A DNA stretch of 64,000 bases, taken from positions 1,943 to 65,942 of the forward strand of contig JAEYYW010000013.1 of NCBI GenBank assembly GCA_023428265.1. Reading direction: 5' to 3'. Under the pieces are notes generated by a model. The model was not told the DNA's origin and made no database searches. It saw nothing but the letters and a program-made list of their open reading frames with translations. The position numbers were made by a program, and so were the translations under genes. The DNA is from Bacillota bacterium (GTDB lineage: Bacteria; Bacillota; Clostridia; Christensenellales; UMGS416). Shown piece after piece: positions 9,584 to 18,753 of this stretch; the stretch's first letter is position 1, and each line of letters opens with the position of its first letter.

Positions 9584-10572
9584 AACGATTGGTTTGTTTT
9601 GGCGAGATCATGCTCAGGCTTTCCACCCCCGGCAATCAGCGGTTTCTGCAGGCCAGATCCTTCGACGCCACCTATGGCGGTGCGGAGGCCAATGTGGCCG
9701 TGGCGGCAGCCGGTTTCGGCCTGGAGGCCCGCTATGTGACGAAGCTCCCGGAAAACCTTTTGGGCGATGCCGCCCGCAACGAACTCAGGCGGTTTGGCGT
9801 GGACACTTCCTGCATTGCGCGCGGCGGTGACAGGCTTGGCACCTATTACCTGGAGACCGGCGCATCCATGCGCCCAAGCAACGTGATTTATGACCGTGCA
9901 GGCTCCGCGATCGCCTGCGCGTCGCCAGGCGACTTCGATTGGGACAGGATATTGGACGGAGCCGATTGGTTTCACTTCACCGGCATCACACCGGCGCTGG
10001 GCGGCAATATGGAGGCCATCACGCTTGAGGCCTGTCAAAAAGCCCGCGATCGGGGTATTACGGTGAGCTGTGATGTGAATTACCGCAAGAAACTCTGGAG
10101 CATTGAAAAGGCCACCGATGTGATGAGCCGGCTCTTTGATTATGTGGATGTGGCCATCAACCCTGCCGATGTGGTGCCGGTGGATACAGACAAGCCTTTC
10201 AGTGTGGAGCGCTGCCAGAAGATGGCGAAATATCTGGAGCAGAGGCACAACATTAAGACCACGGCGTTCACCATCCGGGAGAGCATTTCCGCCTCCGACA
10301 ACGGTTGGTCTGCCATGCTCTACGAAGGCGGCCGTTTTTACCACTCGAAGCACTACGACATCCGGATCGTGGATCGTGTGGGCGGGGGGGATTCTTTCAG
10401 CGCCGGGCTCATTTATGGCTTGACCGCCGGCATGGGCGCGCAGAACGCCCTGGAGTTTGCCGTGGCGGCATCCGCGCTGAAACACACCATCACGGGAGAT
10501 TACAACCTGGCGTCCGTGCAGGAAATCACCACGCTGATGGGCGGCGATGGCACAGGGCGGGTTCAACGATAA
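9580..10572 (+). CDS. kdgK: 2-dehydro-3-deoxygluconokinase (PfkB family)
   Basis: FGEIMLRLSTPG, YGGAEANVA and a C-terminal DRVGGGDSFSAG. The ATG overlaps the eda stop (ATGA). Confidence 0.85.
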   Translation: MKRLVCFGEIMLRLSTPGNQRFLQARSFDATYGGAEANVAVAAAGFGLEARYVTKLPENLLGDAARNELRRFGVDTSCIARGGDRLGTYYLETGASMRPSNVIYDRAGSAIACASPGDFDWDRILDGADWFHFTGITPALGGNMEAITLEACQKARDRGITVSCDVNYRKKLWSIEKATDVMSRLFDYVDVAINPADVVPVDTDKPFSVERCQKMAKYLEQRHNIKTTAFTIRESISASDNGWSAMLYEGGRFYHSKHYDIRIVDRVGGGDSFSAGLIYGLTAGMGAQNALEFAVAASALKHTITGDYNLASVQEITTLMGGDGTGRVQR

Positions 10573-10584
10573 CGCAACCATGCA

Positions 10585-10620
10585 GAAAGGCGGAGGATTT
10601 CCCTCCGCCTTTTGTGTTTT
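10585..10620. terminator. Bidirectional terminator between kdgK and the DegV gene
   Basis: AAAGGCGGAGG / CCTCCGCCTTT, an 11-bp stem with a 5-nt loop, followed by TGTGTTTT. It overlaps the stop of the convergent gene. Confidence 0.65.
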
Positions 10621-11506
10621 ATTCCGGCTTTTCCTTGCCCAAGAAGCACATGCCCAGCACATCCGGCCCGGCGTGGGTGCCGATCACCGGCCCCACAAAC
10701 TGCACAAACACTTCCTTAAACTTCGTATGGGTCTCCACCAGCTTCCGAAGCTCTTCCGCATCTTCCAGGCAATCGCCGTGCAGGATCACGCAGGCATTGT
10801 TTTCCGCGTCCAGCGCGTATTCACGCACTTTCTCCGAAAGATAGTTGATTGCCTTGCGCCGGCCCATCACCTTGTCTGCCGCGACAACACGGCCTTCCTT
10901 GTTGAGGATCAATATGGGCTTGACGTTGAGCACCGACCCCACGATGGCCGTGGTGGCGGAAAGCCTGCCGCCGCGCCGCAGATGGTTCAGGTCATTCACG
11001 GTGAACCAATGGTGAGCGTGATCAACATTCTGCTCCACCCAGGCGGCCACTTCATCCAGTGTTTTTCCGGCGCGATACTGCTGCAACGCTTTGTATACCA
11101 GCAGAGCGGCACCGCCGGAAATGCCCTTGAGATCCACGGTGACCACGCGCCTGCCGGTGTCGCAGAACTCACCATTCAGAACATCTCTGGCTTCGGACAG
11201 ATAGCTGTAGGCTGCGGAGAGCTTGGAGGAAAACCCAAGATGCAGCACATCCTTGCCGGATTCCAGCATGGGCCGCCAAAGCTCCATGTAATACTGCGGC
11301 GGATACGTGGAAGTGGTTGGGAGCTTCCCGCTGCGCACCGCGTTGAAAAACGCCTTGAAATCGGTCTTCTCGCCCAGGTCATAGAAGTATTCCTCACCGT
11401 CCAGCAAGTAATCCATTGGCACATAGACCACTTGAAAATCCTTTGCAATAGACAGCGGCAACTCAGTGTTGGAATCCGTGGTGATGATAAAATTCTGCTC
11501 TGCCAT
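10619..11506 (-). CDS. DegV family fatty-acid-binding protein
   Basis: The ATG at 11506 follows AAAGGGG. N-terminus is FIITTDSNTELP, with DegV-like length and layout. Confidence 0.85.
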   Translation of the reverse strand: MAEQNFIITTDSNTELPLSIAKDFQVVYVPMDYLLDGEEYFYDLGEKTDFKAFFNAVRSGKLPTTSTYPPQYYMELWRPMLESGKDVLHLGFSSKLSAAYSYLSEARDVLNGEFCDTGRRVVTVDLKGISGGAALLVYKALQQYRAGKTLDEVAAWVEQNVDHAHHWFTVNDLNHLRRGGRLSATTAIVGSVLNVKPILILNKEGRVVAADKVMGRRKAINYLSEKVREYALDAENNACVILHGDCLEDAEELRKLVETHTKFKEVFVQFVGPVIGTHAGPDVLGMCFLGKEKPE

Positions 11507-11726
11507 GTGAGACACCCCTTTGATATGCAATAAATGACTACATCATTATCTTACAATATTGGCGGCGGATAGACAAGCAATATGTCGGGTTGATACGAAA
11601 AACTGATGTTTTCTGCCGGCATCTCTAGTCAGTTGTCATCATATTCTATATACTGACGGTGACGGCAAAGCCGGGTATGGGCCGGCTCTTCACAGTGTGG
11701 CTGATCAATGGCTTGGAGACAGACAG

Positions 11727-12830
11727 ATGATTGATCTTCTTTCGTTTATGAGCGCCGGCATCCGCACCATGATCCTGGACTCTTTGAAGGCTGCTGCCGG
11801 CAAGCCGGCGCAGCGGAAGTTCCTGCGTGCGTTTCTGAGCAACCTTGGCAAGGCGCAGAAGCGGAGGGAGGAGCAGGAAGCGTCCGGTCTGCATGTGCCT
11901 CCCTTCCTGATTGCCAGCATCACGGCCAACTGCAATCTGCTTTGTGCCGGGTGCTACTCCCGCGCCAACCATCAGGCATGCGGTGGCACAACCGGGAAAA
12001 AGCAGCTGGATGCCGCCCGGTGGGATGCGCTGTTTGCGGAAGCCAGAGAGCTGGGGGTTTGCTTCATCCTGCTGGCCGGCGGCGAGCCGATGCTGCGCTA
12101 TGACGTGTTGGAATCGGCGGCAAAGTATCCGGAGATCATTTTCCCCATATTCACCAACGGCACTTTGCTCAGCGGCCAAATGCTGGATTTCTTTGAAAAG
12201 CACCGCAACCTGATTCCTGTGATCAGCCTGGAAGGAGACCGGACCACCACCGACAGCCGGCGTGGGGCAGGGGTGTATGATCAAGTGGCAGGGGCAATGG
12301 CGGCGCTAAAGGCTAGGCGCGTTTTTTTCGGCACATCCATCACCGTCACCAGTGAAAACGTTGAGGCCGTGACCGACCGGGACTATGTGAGCGGCCTGAA
12401 AGAAATGGGCTGCAGCCTTGTGTTTTATGTGGAATATGTGCCGGCGGATCAGATCAGCGCTTCTCTTGCCCCCACTGAGCGGGAAAGGGCGATTCTGGAA
12501 ACCAATATCCAATCTCTCAAGGAAAGCTCCGGGCTGCTTGTGATATCCTTCCCAGGTGATGAAAAGGAAACCGGCGGATGCCTGGCAGCCGGAAGGGGCT
12601 TTGTACACATCAACATGGATGGCAGTGTGGAGCCTTGCCCGTTTTCTCCTTACTCTGACACCAGCCTGAAGGATACCACGCTGGCGCAGGCGCTTCGGTC
12701 ACCATTTCTCAGCAGTATGCGGGAAGGTGACTTCCTACTGGGGGAGCATGCCGGCGGATGCCTGCTGTTTGATAAACAGGATCAGGTGCGCGTCCTGCTG
12801 GAGAGCACCACCGGCAAAGAGGCAAAATAA
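11727..12830 (+). CDS. Radical SAM protein with a Cys-containing (twitch/SPASM-like) C-terminal region; function unknown
   Basis: CNLLCAGC (CX3CX2C), GGEPML, and C-terminal GGCLAAGRGFVHINMDGSVEPCPF and GGCLLF. The ATG at 11727 follows GGAGAC. Confidence 0.8.
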   Translation: MIDLLSFMSAGIRTMILDSLKAAAGKPAQRKFLRAFLSNLGKAQKRREEQEASGLHVPPFLIASITANCNLLCAGCYSRANHQACGGTTGKKQLDAARWDALFAEARELGVCFILLAGGEPMLRYDVLESAAKYPEIIFPIFTNGTLLSGQMLDFFEKHRNLIPVISLEGDRTTTDSRRGAGVYDQVAGAMAALKARRVFFGTSITVTSENVEAVTDRDYVSGLKEMGCSLVFYVEYVPADQISASLAPTERERAILETNIQSLKESSGLLVISFPGDEKETGGCLAAGRGFVHINMDGSVEPCPFSPYSDTSLKDTTLAQALRSPFLSSMREGDFLLGEHAGGCLLFDKQDQVRVLLESTTGKEAK

Positions 12831-12856
12831 AAAAAGAGGCCAAACGGCCTCTTTCT
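12828..12856. terminator. Bidirectional terminator between convergent genes
   Basis: AGAGGCC-AAAC-GGCCTCT hairpin flanked by an A-run upstream and TTCT downstream. Confidence 0.65.
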
Positions 12857-12881
12857 ATAAGACTTTATCGCATCTGGATCA

Positions 12882-13364
12882 TCAACTGCCGGAGCCGGAG
12901 GGGGTGGGGGCCGGTGCGGCCGATTGCGCCGCTGCAGAAGCGCGCAATGCCGATTCCAACGGCCCGAGATCCGCGATTTTGTTCAGCACATAGCTGGCGT
13001 CTTCATTGTCTGGAAACACGGTGAGCTGGGGGATTGTGCTGCCGGACTCCTCGTTCTTCACATAATCGATTTTGAACGAACCGGTCAGGTCCATGCTGCC
13101 GTCTTCACTTGTGAATGTAAAGGTATCACGATCCATGGTCCACTTGCCGAATGGGGCATCAAACATTTTCAATGTGCCGTCTGGGAAGATATCCACAGTG
13201 ACCGGGATGTAGTACGCCTGCTGGTTTCCGCCGTTGCCTGCACCCACGGTAGCCAGTTTCCACCGCCCGGTGATCATTTTCATTTTTCCGCCGCCGCAGC
13301 CGCCCAGCAGCAGCATCGATGCCAGCAGCATTACGACAAGCAGGATTGTCACAACCTTTTTCAT
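12882..13364 (-). CDS. Lipoprotein, lipocalin-like (function unknown)
   Basis: Signal peptide with lipobox LLLGGC, a GRWKL motif and a Ser/Ala/Pro-rich tail. GAGGAGA RBS. Confidence 0.7.
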   Translation of the reverse strand: MKKVVTILLVVMLLASMLLLGGCGGGKMKMITGRWKLATVGAGNGGNQQAYYIPVTVDIFPDGTLKMFDAPFGKWTMDRDTFTFTSEDGSMDLTGSFKIDYVKNEESGSTIPQLTVFPDNEDASYVLNKIADLGPLESALRASAAAQSAAPAPTPSGSGS

Positions 13365-13382
13365 ATGCCGTCTCCTCGTTCG

Positions 13383-14189
13383 TTATGATCTCAATCCGCG
13401 CATATAGTCGATAAAGTGCGCGAACGCAATGCCTGGTTCTTCCAATGTCATATCCCATCGCCGGATCCACTCTAAAGTATACCACCCATCATAACCAATG
13501 TCATTAAGGGCGGTTATGAAGTCTTTTAATGGCAAATTGCCCTGGCCCAGCATGCGGTACCGAACCGAGCCGTTGTCAATGATGGAATCCTTGATGTGAA
13601 TATAGCGCACCCATCTTCCAATGCGGGAGATTGTTTCAGCAGGCTGCTCGCCAAAAAAGCGATAAGGGTGGTGCACATCCCACAAAATGCCAAGACCCGG
13701 TGCATCTATCTCCGTATACAGCTGCGCCAGCCTGTTGCTGTCGGCATACCAGCCGTTGGTTTCCAGCAGCACCGTCACGCCTTTGGGCTCCGCATACGTG
13801 CCGAGCTCGCAGAGCGCCTTTTTCACCAGCGAGGTGTCCACATTTTTCTCCGGTGCTGCGGTGCCTTCGCACATCACACGCACAAATTGAGCGCCCAGCG
13901 CCTTTGCGGTGTCAATATATGCGCGGCCTTCCGCCAGGGCGGAGTGATAGCCTGCTTCCGCGCCAAACACACAGGCCGAAGCCAGACAGGGGATCGACAA
14001 ACCAAGTTTTGCGAGTCTCTCCTTTGTCTGAGCGATGTGGCGGTGGGTGAACTCCGGGATAGACGGCGCATACAGCTCATTGCTGAGGCCGCGTATCTCC
14101 ACACCGTCATAACCAAGGTCTGCGGCGGCGGACAGCACATCATCCCAACCCCACTCGGGGCAGCCAAGCGTTGAGAATGCAAGCTTCAT
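13383..14189 (-). CDS. Sugar phosphate isomerase/epimerase (xylose-isomerase-like TIM barrel)
   Basis: MKLAFSTLGCPEWGWDDV...GYDGVEIRG and LLETN...HIKD are typical of the family. AAAGGAG RBS. Confidence 0.75.
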   Translation of the reverse strand: MKLAFSTLGCPEWGWDDVLSAAADLGYDGVEIRGLSNELYAPSIPEFTHRHIAQTKERLAKLGLSIPCLASACVFGAEAGYHSALAEGRAYIDTAKALGAQFVRVMCEGTAAPEKNVDTSLVKKALCELGTYAEPKGVTVLLETNGWYADSNRLAQLYTEIDAPGLGILWDVHHPYRFFGEQPAETISRIGRWVRYIHIKDSIIDNGSVRYRMLGQGNLPLKDFITALNDIGYDGWYTLEWIRRWDMTLEEPGIAFAHFIDYMRGLRS

Positions 14190-14221
14190 CTCTCAATCTC
14201 CTTTCACCGGGATCATCCACA

Positions 14222-16024
14222 TTATACCATAAGGAGCCCTTCCATTTCAGCAACCGCTTCGCCAAACTTCGCCAGGCATGCTTCCACGGCGTCTGGTTTG
14301 GTCAGGTCCACGCCGGCTTCCCGCAGCAGGTTCAGCGGGTAATCCGTGCCGCCGCTGCCCAGGAACTTCAGATAGCGGGCCCGGGCTTCCTCGCCGTCGT
14401 TCAGGATGCGCTCAGCCAGCGCGATTGCGCTGGCATACCCTGTGGCGTATTTATACACATAAAAGCTGCGGTAGAAGTGGGAGATGCGGGCCCACTCCAT
14501 GTCGATCTCCTCATCCACGACCATGTCGGGGCCATAATATTCCACATTGAGCTTGCGATAGACCGCGCAGATCGACTCCGGCGTCAGCGGCTCGTCGTTT
14601 GCCGCCATGCCATGGATGATTTTCTCAAACTCCGCAAACATCACCTGGCGGATTACCGTGGTGCGCACCTGCTCCAGCGTTTGGTTCAGCAGAAACATCC
14701 GTTGCCCCTTATCGGTGGTGCGCTTGAGCATATAGTCCATAAACAGCGCCTCGTTGCAGGTGGAGGCCACCTCCGCCAGCAGGATCGGGTATTGTGCGAT
14801 CACATAGGGCTGCCTGTCGGAGTAGTAACTGTGCATTGCGTGGCCGAACTCGTGGGCCAGCGTGAAGGCGTTGTCCAGCGTGTCATTCCAGTTGAGCAGC
14901 ACATAGGGGTGGGTGCCCCACACGCCCCAGGAATAGGCGCCGGCGGTTTTGCCCTGGTTTTCATACACATCCACCCAGCCGGACTCCATGCCCGCCTGCA
15001 TGGCGCTCACATAATCCTTTCCCAATGGCGCGAGGCCCTCCGCGACCATCCTGCACGCCTGCTCATAGCCCACACTCATTTCCACATCGTGCACAATCGG
15101 CACATAAAGGTCATACATATGCAGCTCATCCAGCTTGAGCGCTTGCTTCCGCAGCCGCATGTAGCGGTGTAATGAGGGAAGGTGGGCCCTCACCGCCGCA
15201 ATCAGGCTGTCATACACCTCCACGGGCACGGCGTCGCCAAAAAGCGAGGCTTCCAGAGATGAGTTGAACTTACGGGCTCTGGATTCATACAGATCAGCCT
15301 TGACATTGGCCGAGAGTGTTGCGGCCACGGTGTTTCTGAAGCTGCCATAGGTGGAGTAGAGCCCCTTGAACGCAGCCTTTCTCACCTCGCGGTCGCGGCT
15401 TTCCATCAGCGGAATGTAGCGGCCGTGGGTGATCTGCACGTCTTCGCCGCCCTCTCCCTTGATCGTGGGGAACTTGAGGTCGGCGTTGTTGAACATCGTA
15501 TAGACTGTTCCGGCGCTCTGCATCACCTCGCCGGCCATGGCCAGCAGTTTCTCTTCGGCCTGCGAAAGCGTATGCTCTCTGCGCCGCGTGATGCGCTCAA
15601 TGTTGTGCCGGTGCACTGCCAAACCCGGTTCCTCCTCAAAGAAACGATCCAGCCGCGCCGGGTCGATCGCCAAAATCTCGGGGTCAAAGAAAGACAAGGC
15701 GCTGGATAGCCGAACACTCAGCGCGGAAGCCCGATCCGTCATGCCCTGATAAAGGCTCAAGCCATTGTCTTCATCCCGGCGCATGTGGGCGTAGCAATAA
15801 AGCCTTTCCACCGAGAGCGACACTGTGGCAATCTCTTCCAGCGCCTGCAGCAGCTCCCGGGCGGATTGCCCCAGCCGGCCTTCCCACGCGGCGACCTTCT
15901 GCAGGGATTCATCGGCAGCTGTATATTCCTTCTCCCATTGCTCGTTGGTCAGAAAAAGGTCTTCCAGTTTCCATTGCCACTTTTTGTCCGCAGAATTTCG
16001 CTCAGGCAAGTTCTTTGACTTCAT
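14222..16024 (-). CDS. pepF: Oligoendopeptidase F (M3B)
   Basis: HEFGHAMH zinc motif and a 600-aa M3 layout. The internal ATG at 16024 is preferred over the track start at 16069. Confidence 0.9.
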   Translation of the reverse strand: MKSKNLPERNSADKKWQWKLEDLFLTNEQWEKEYTAADESLQKVAAWEGRLGQSARELLQALEEIATVSLSVERLYCYAHMRRDEDNGLSLYQGMTDRASALSVRLSSALSFFDPEILAIDPARLDRFFEEEPGLAVHRHNIERITRRREHTLSQAEEKLLAMAGEVMQSAGTVYTMFNNADLKFPTIKGEGGEDVQITHGRYIPLMESRDREVRKAAFKGLYSTYGSFRNTVAATLSANVKADLYESRARKFNSSLEASLFGDAVPVEVYDSLIAAVRAHLPSLHRYMRLRKQALKLDELHMYDLYVPIVHDVEMSVGYEQACRMVAEGLAPLGKDYVSAMQAGMESGWVDVYENQGKTAGAYSWGVWGTHPYVLLNWNDTLDNAFTLAHEFGHAMHSYYSDRQPYVIAQYPILLAEVASTCNEALFMDYMLKRTTDKGQRMFLLNQTLEQVRTTVIRQVMFAEFEKIIHGMAANDEPLTPESICAVYRKLNVEYYGPDMVVDEEIDMEWARISHFYRSFYVYKYATGYASAIALAERILNDGEEARARYLKFLGSGGTDYPLNLLREAGVDLTKPDAVEACLAKFGEAVAEMEGLLMV

Positions 16025-17387
16025 TGGACTCGACCTCCTTGATGTTTGATTTGGCGTTCTCATTCTCATGCTGTTTCAGGTGTGCGATCGCGGGCAGAAG
16101 CAGCAACACGATGAAAAGGCGCAGCACGCAGGCGCCCGCAAACAGCAGCTTATACCGGTCAAATTGTATCCCAAAGAGTTGGAATGTAAGATCACCCATC
16201 ATGTTCAGCAGCTTGCCCGCTGTCAGGTTGGCCAGCGAAACGCCCACCATGGAGGTGATCACCATATACATTGCCACATACATGCTTCGATTTCTCTGCG
16301 GCGTCACCGTGACCAGCATTTGCACCGACGTCAGATCCACACCGCTAAAAAACACACCGATGCTCAGCGAAAAGATCAGCATTGGCCAAAAAGAGCCCGG
16401 TGTGGCAAAAATCCAGACCAACGGCAGCGCGCACAGCACAAGGCCGCAGCGCAGCAACACCCAGTGGTGGCCATGCTTGTCCAGCTTTCGCCCCCACCAT
16501 TGCACAAAGAGCACTGCCATCACACCATATGCCACCTGTCCGGTCAGCGTTGTCACGGAGAGGGAGAGCCCTAACTGGTCCATATTGTACTTATTGTAGA
16601 AAGGACCGGGCAGGTTCCAGGCGAACGCCCAGGCTGTCCAGAACAGCAAATACAGCAGGAACCCCTTGTTTTTGAGCACCCCGGACAGAGATTTCAGCAG
16701 CGGCTCATGCTCCGCTTGCTGCATCGGAGGATCACCGATCCAAATGAACATTGCGATATCGGCCACGCCAAACAGAGATACGATGCCAAACACAATTGCG
16801 TAGCCGGTCAAACCCGGCATCAGATCCAGCACAAAACTGGCCAGTAGCGCGGAGATCAGCCCCGTTGCCGTTTGAACGCTTTGGCGGAGCCCCAGGTAGC
16901 GGCCCCTGATGTGCATCGGCACCAGATCACCAAGCCAGGAGTAGAACGTCACATTCATAAACATGCCGGCGACGGAAGACACGGAAATCAAGCCGATGAC
17001 CACCCACAACCGCAGCACGGGCCTGTCCATCGGCATTAGCAACGGCACAAGGGCAACCGGAATCCAGAGCGATCTCTGGATGATCCCGGCGATGACAAAC
17101 ATGGCCTTTCGTTTCCGGGTTCGCTCCATGAGCCAGGACGCGAAGAACTGCAAAAAGCTGGTGGCAACAGGGACTGCCATCAGAATGCTGAACTGCAAAT
17201 CGTCGGTGCCGAGAGCTCTTGCAAAACCGGTAAACGGCGTGCCGCTGGATACGGAGAAAAACACAGAACCCAGCGCCACCGCATATGTGAAAAGGTTAAG
17301 GTCTTTCCTTAACTTTTTATCCGCCACACCATTTTGGTTATACAGATTTTTCAGGGGGTTCCACGATCTCTTTTTCAAAAAAGACAC
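16002..17387 (-). CDS. MFS transporter
   Basis: About 12 hydrophobic segments and an MERTRKRK loop after TM2/3. The start is uncertain (GTG 17387 or TTG 17378 after GAGGTG). The 3' end overlaps pepF by 23 nt. Confidence 0.8.
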   Translation of the reverse strand: MSFLKKRSWNPLKNLYNQNGVADKKLRKDLNLFTYAVALGSVFFSVSSGTPFTGFARALGTDDLQFSILMAVPVATSFLQFFASWLMERTRKRKAMFVIAGIIQRSLWIPVALVPLLMPMDRPVLRLWVVIGLISVSSVAGMFMNVTFYSWLGDLVPMHIRGRYLGLRQSVQTATGLISALLASFVLDLMPGLTGYAIVFGIVSLFGVADIAMFIWIGDPPMQQAEHEPLLKSLSGVLKNKGFLLYLLFWTAWAFAWNLPGPFYNKYNMDQLGLSLSVTTLTGQVAYGVMAVLFVQWWGRKLDKHGHHWVLLRCGLVLCALPLVWIFATPGSFWPMLIFSLSIGVFFSGVDLTSVQMLVTVTPQRNRSMYVAMYMVITSMVGVSLANLTAGKLLNMMGDLTFQLFGIQFDRYKLLFAGACVLRLFIVLLLLPAIAHLKQHENENAKSNIKEVESNEVKELA

Positions 17388-17405
17388 CTCAACAAATCAG
17401 GTTCA

Positions 17406-17434
17406 ATGGTATTTTAAATATGGGTTGTTGTCAA
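17406..17434 (-). promoter_or_regulatory. Candidate promoter of the MFS-pepF unit
   Basis: On the minus strand: TTGACA (17434-17429), a 17-nt spacer, then TACCAT (17411-17406). Confidence 0.4.
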
Positions 17435-17540
17435 TCAGCGAATCCATTGATTATGCAAAGGATTAGCATTCAGCATCGGAGCCGGTCTTTCTGGAAAAGC
17501 AGCGGTTCTTGTTGTATCATACCAGCAAGGAGCGATGCCA

Positions 17541-18494
17541 ATGAATCATGGAATATATAGCACACCCGTCAAGCTCTTTCCCAGGTACTTTTCCTACATC
17601 TGGGGTGGCACGCTGCTGCGCGACCACATGGGCAAAGCCACCCCCTCCGGCGACATCGGCGAGAGCTGGGAGGTTTCGGCTCACCCCAAAGGCCAATCGA
17701 TGGTTGTAACCGGGCCTGCCGCTGGCATGCCGTTTAGAGAATACGCGCAAGGCGAGGGGTTCTACGGGTCCACACAATATGAGAAATTTCCGCTGCTGAT
17801 CAAGCTTCTGGGCGCCACAGCCAACCTTTCCGTGCAGGTGCACCCAAGCGATGAAGATTGCCGCCCCGGCGAAGCCGGCAAGGCAGAAGCCTGGGTGGTG
17901 CTGGCCTGCCCGGATGGGGCCGAGCTTATCTATGGCATTGACGGCACGGCGGAGGAGTTTGCCGCGGCGGTGCAGTCCGGCGAGATGGAGAGCCGCTTGC
18001 GCAGGCTTGCCGTGAAGCCCGGCGACGTGCTGGACATCCCCCCCGGCATGGTGCATGCGCTGACGGCGGGCATCGTCGTCTATGAGGTGCAGCAGAATTC
18101 AGACACCACTTACCGGCTCTATGACTGGGGCAGGGTGGATGCCGCCACCGGCAGACCCCGAGAGCTGCATGTGGGCGCGGCACTCAAGGTCATCCGGTCC
18201 TTTCCGGATCATGGCGCAGCGAGGGGCACGGCCATACAGGAAAAAAACTGTGTCCGCACGCGATACATCAATAACCCGAGTTTCACACTGGAAAAGCTGG
18301 ATGTCTCCGGCCCGTTTGCAGACGGCGGCCATACCAGCTTTGCCGCCTATACAGTCATCAAGGGCAACGGCACCGTTTGGAAGAATGGCGGCAAATGTTT
18401 TGATGTCGTTACTGGCGAGTCCTTCGTGAGCCCTGCTGCCGCCGGGGCGGTGGAGCTGGATGGCAGAATGGTGTTGTTGAAATCTTATATTTGA
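17541..18494 (+). CDS. manA: Mannose-6-phosphate isomerase, class I
   Basis: IWGG, ESWEVSAHP, LSVQVHPSD, EAWVVL and PPGMVHAL. AAGGAG lies 8 nt before the ATG at 17541 (track start 17535). Confidence 0.8.
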   Translation: MNHGIYSTPVKLFPRYFSYIWGGTLLRDHMGKATPSGDIGESWEVSAHPKGQSMVVTGPAAGMPFREYAQGEGFYGSTQYEKFPLLIKLLGATANLSVQVHPSDEDCRPGEAGKAEAWVVLACPDGAELIYGIDGTAEEFAAAVQSGEMESRLRRLAVKPGDVLDIPPGMVHALTAGIVVYEVQQNSDTTYRLYDWGRVDAATGRPRELHVGAALKVIRSFPDHGAARGTAIQEKNCVRTRYINNPSFTLEKLDVSGPFADGGHTSFAAYTVIKGNGTVWKNGGKCFDVVTGESFVSPAAAGAVELDGRMVLLKSYI

Positions 18495-18520
18495 TACTGG
18501 ACGAGCCCTTGACCAGTAGG

Positions 18521-18641
18521 GGCCGGGTTCCATCCCGGCCAGGGATAATGCCGAGAGCCGAGCATATCCCTGATAAATCCCCCCTGCCGCTACGGCGGCA
18601 TCCCCCCTTGAATTTTTGCCTGCGGCAAAAACAAGGGAGGG
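18521..18641 (+). other. Four consecutive GC-rich stem-loops (structured 3' UTR / intergenic element)
   Basis: GGCCGGG-TTCCAT-CCCGGCC (18521-18540). AGGGATA...TATCCCT (18541-18571). TGCCGC-TACG-GCGGCA (18585-18600), flanked by the direct repeat ATCCCCCCT (18577-18585 and 18600-18608). A long hairpin CCCCCCTTG-AA-TTTTTGCC-TGC-GGCAAAAA-CAAGGGAGGG (18602-18641). None has a clean U-tract. Confidence 0.5.
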
Positions 18642-18753
18642 TAGGGATTATTATGTACATCCTGTCAAAATATTGTTCTTCCTGCTGCATTTGGCACACC
18701 AGATATAGTAAAATTAGCTTATCAATAGGTTCCCACCGACGGGAGGGATGCTG

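Noticed and set aside
18521-18540. tRNA T-arm-like sequence GGCCGGGTTCCATCCCGGCC, possibly a tRNA gene or a phage att remnant.
   Set aside because: The loop is 6 nt (TTCCAT), not the 7-nt TTCRANY form. A full tRNA would have to start inside manA. No acceptor or anticodon arms can be drawn, and there is no integrase nearby.
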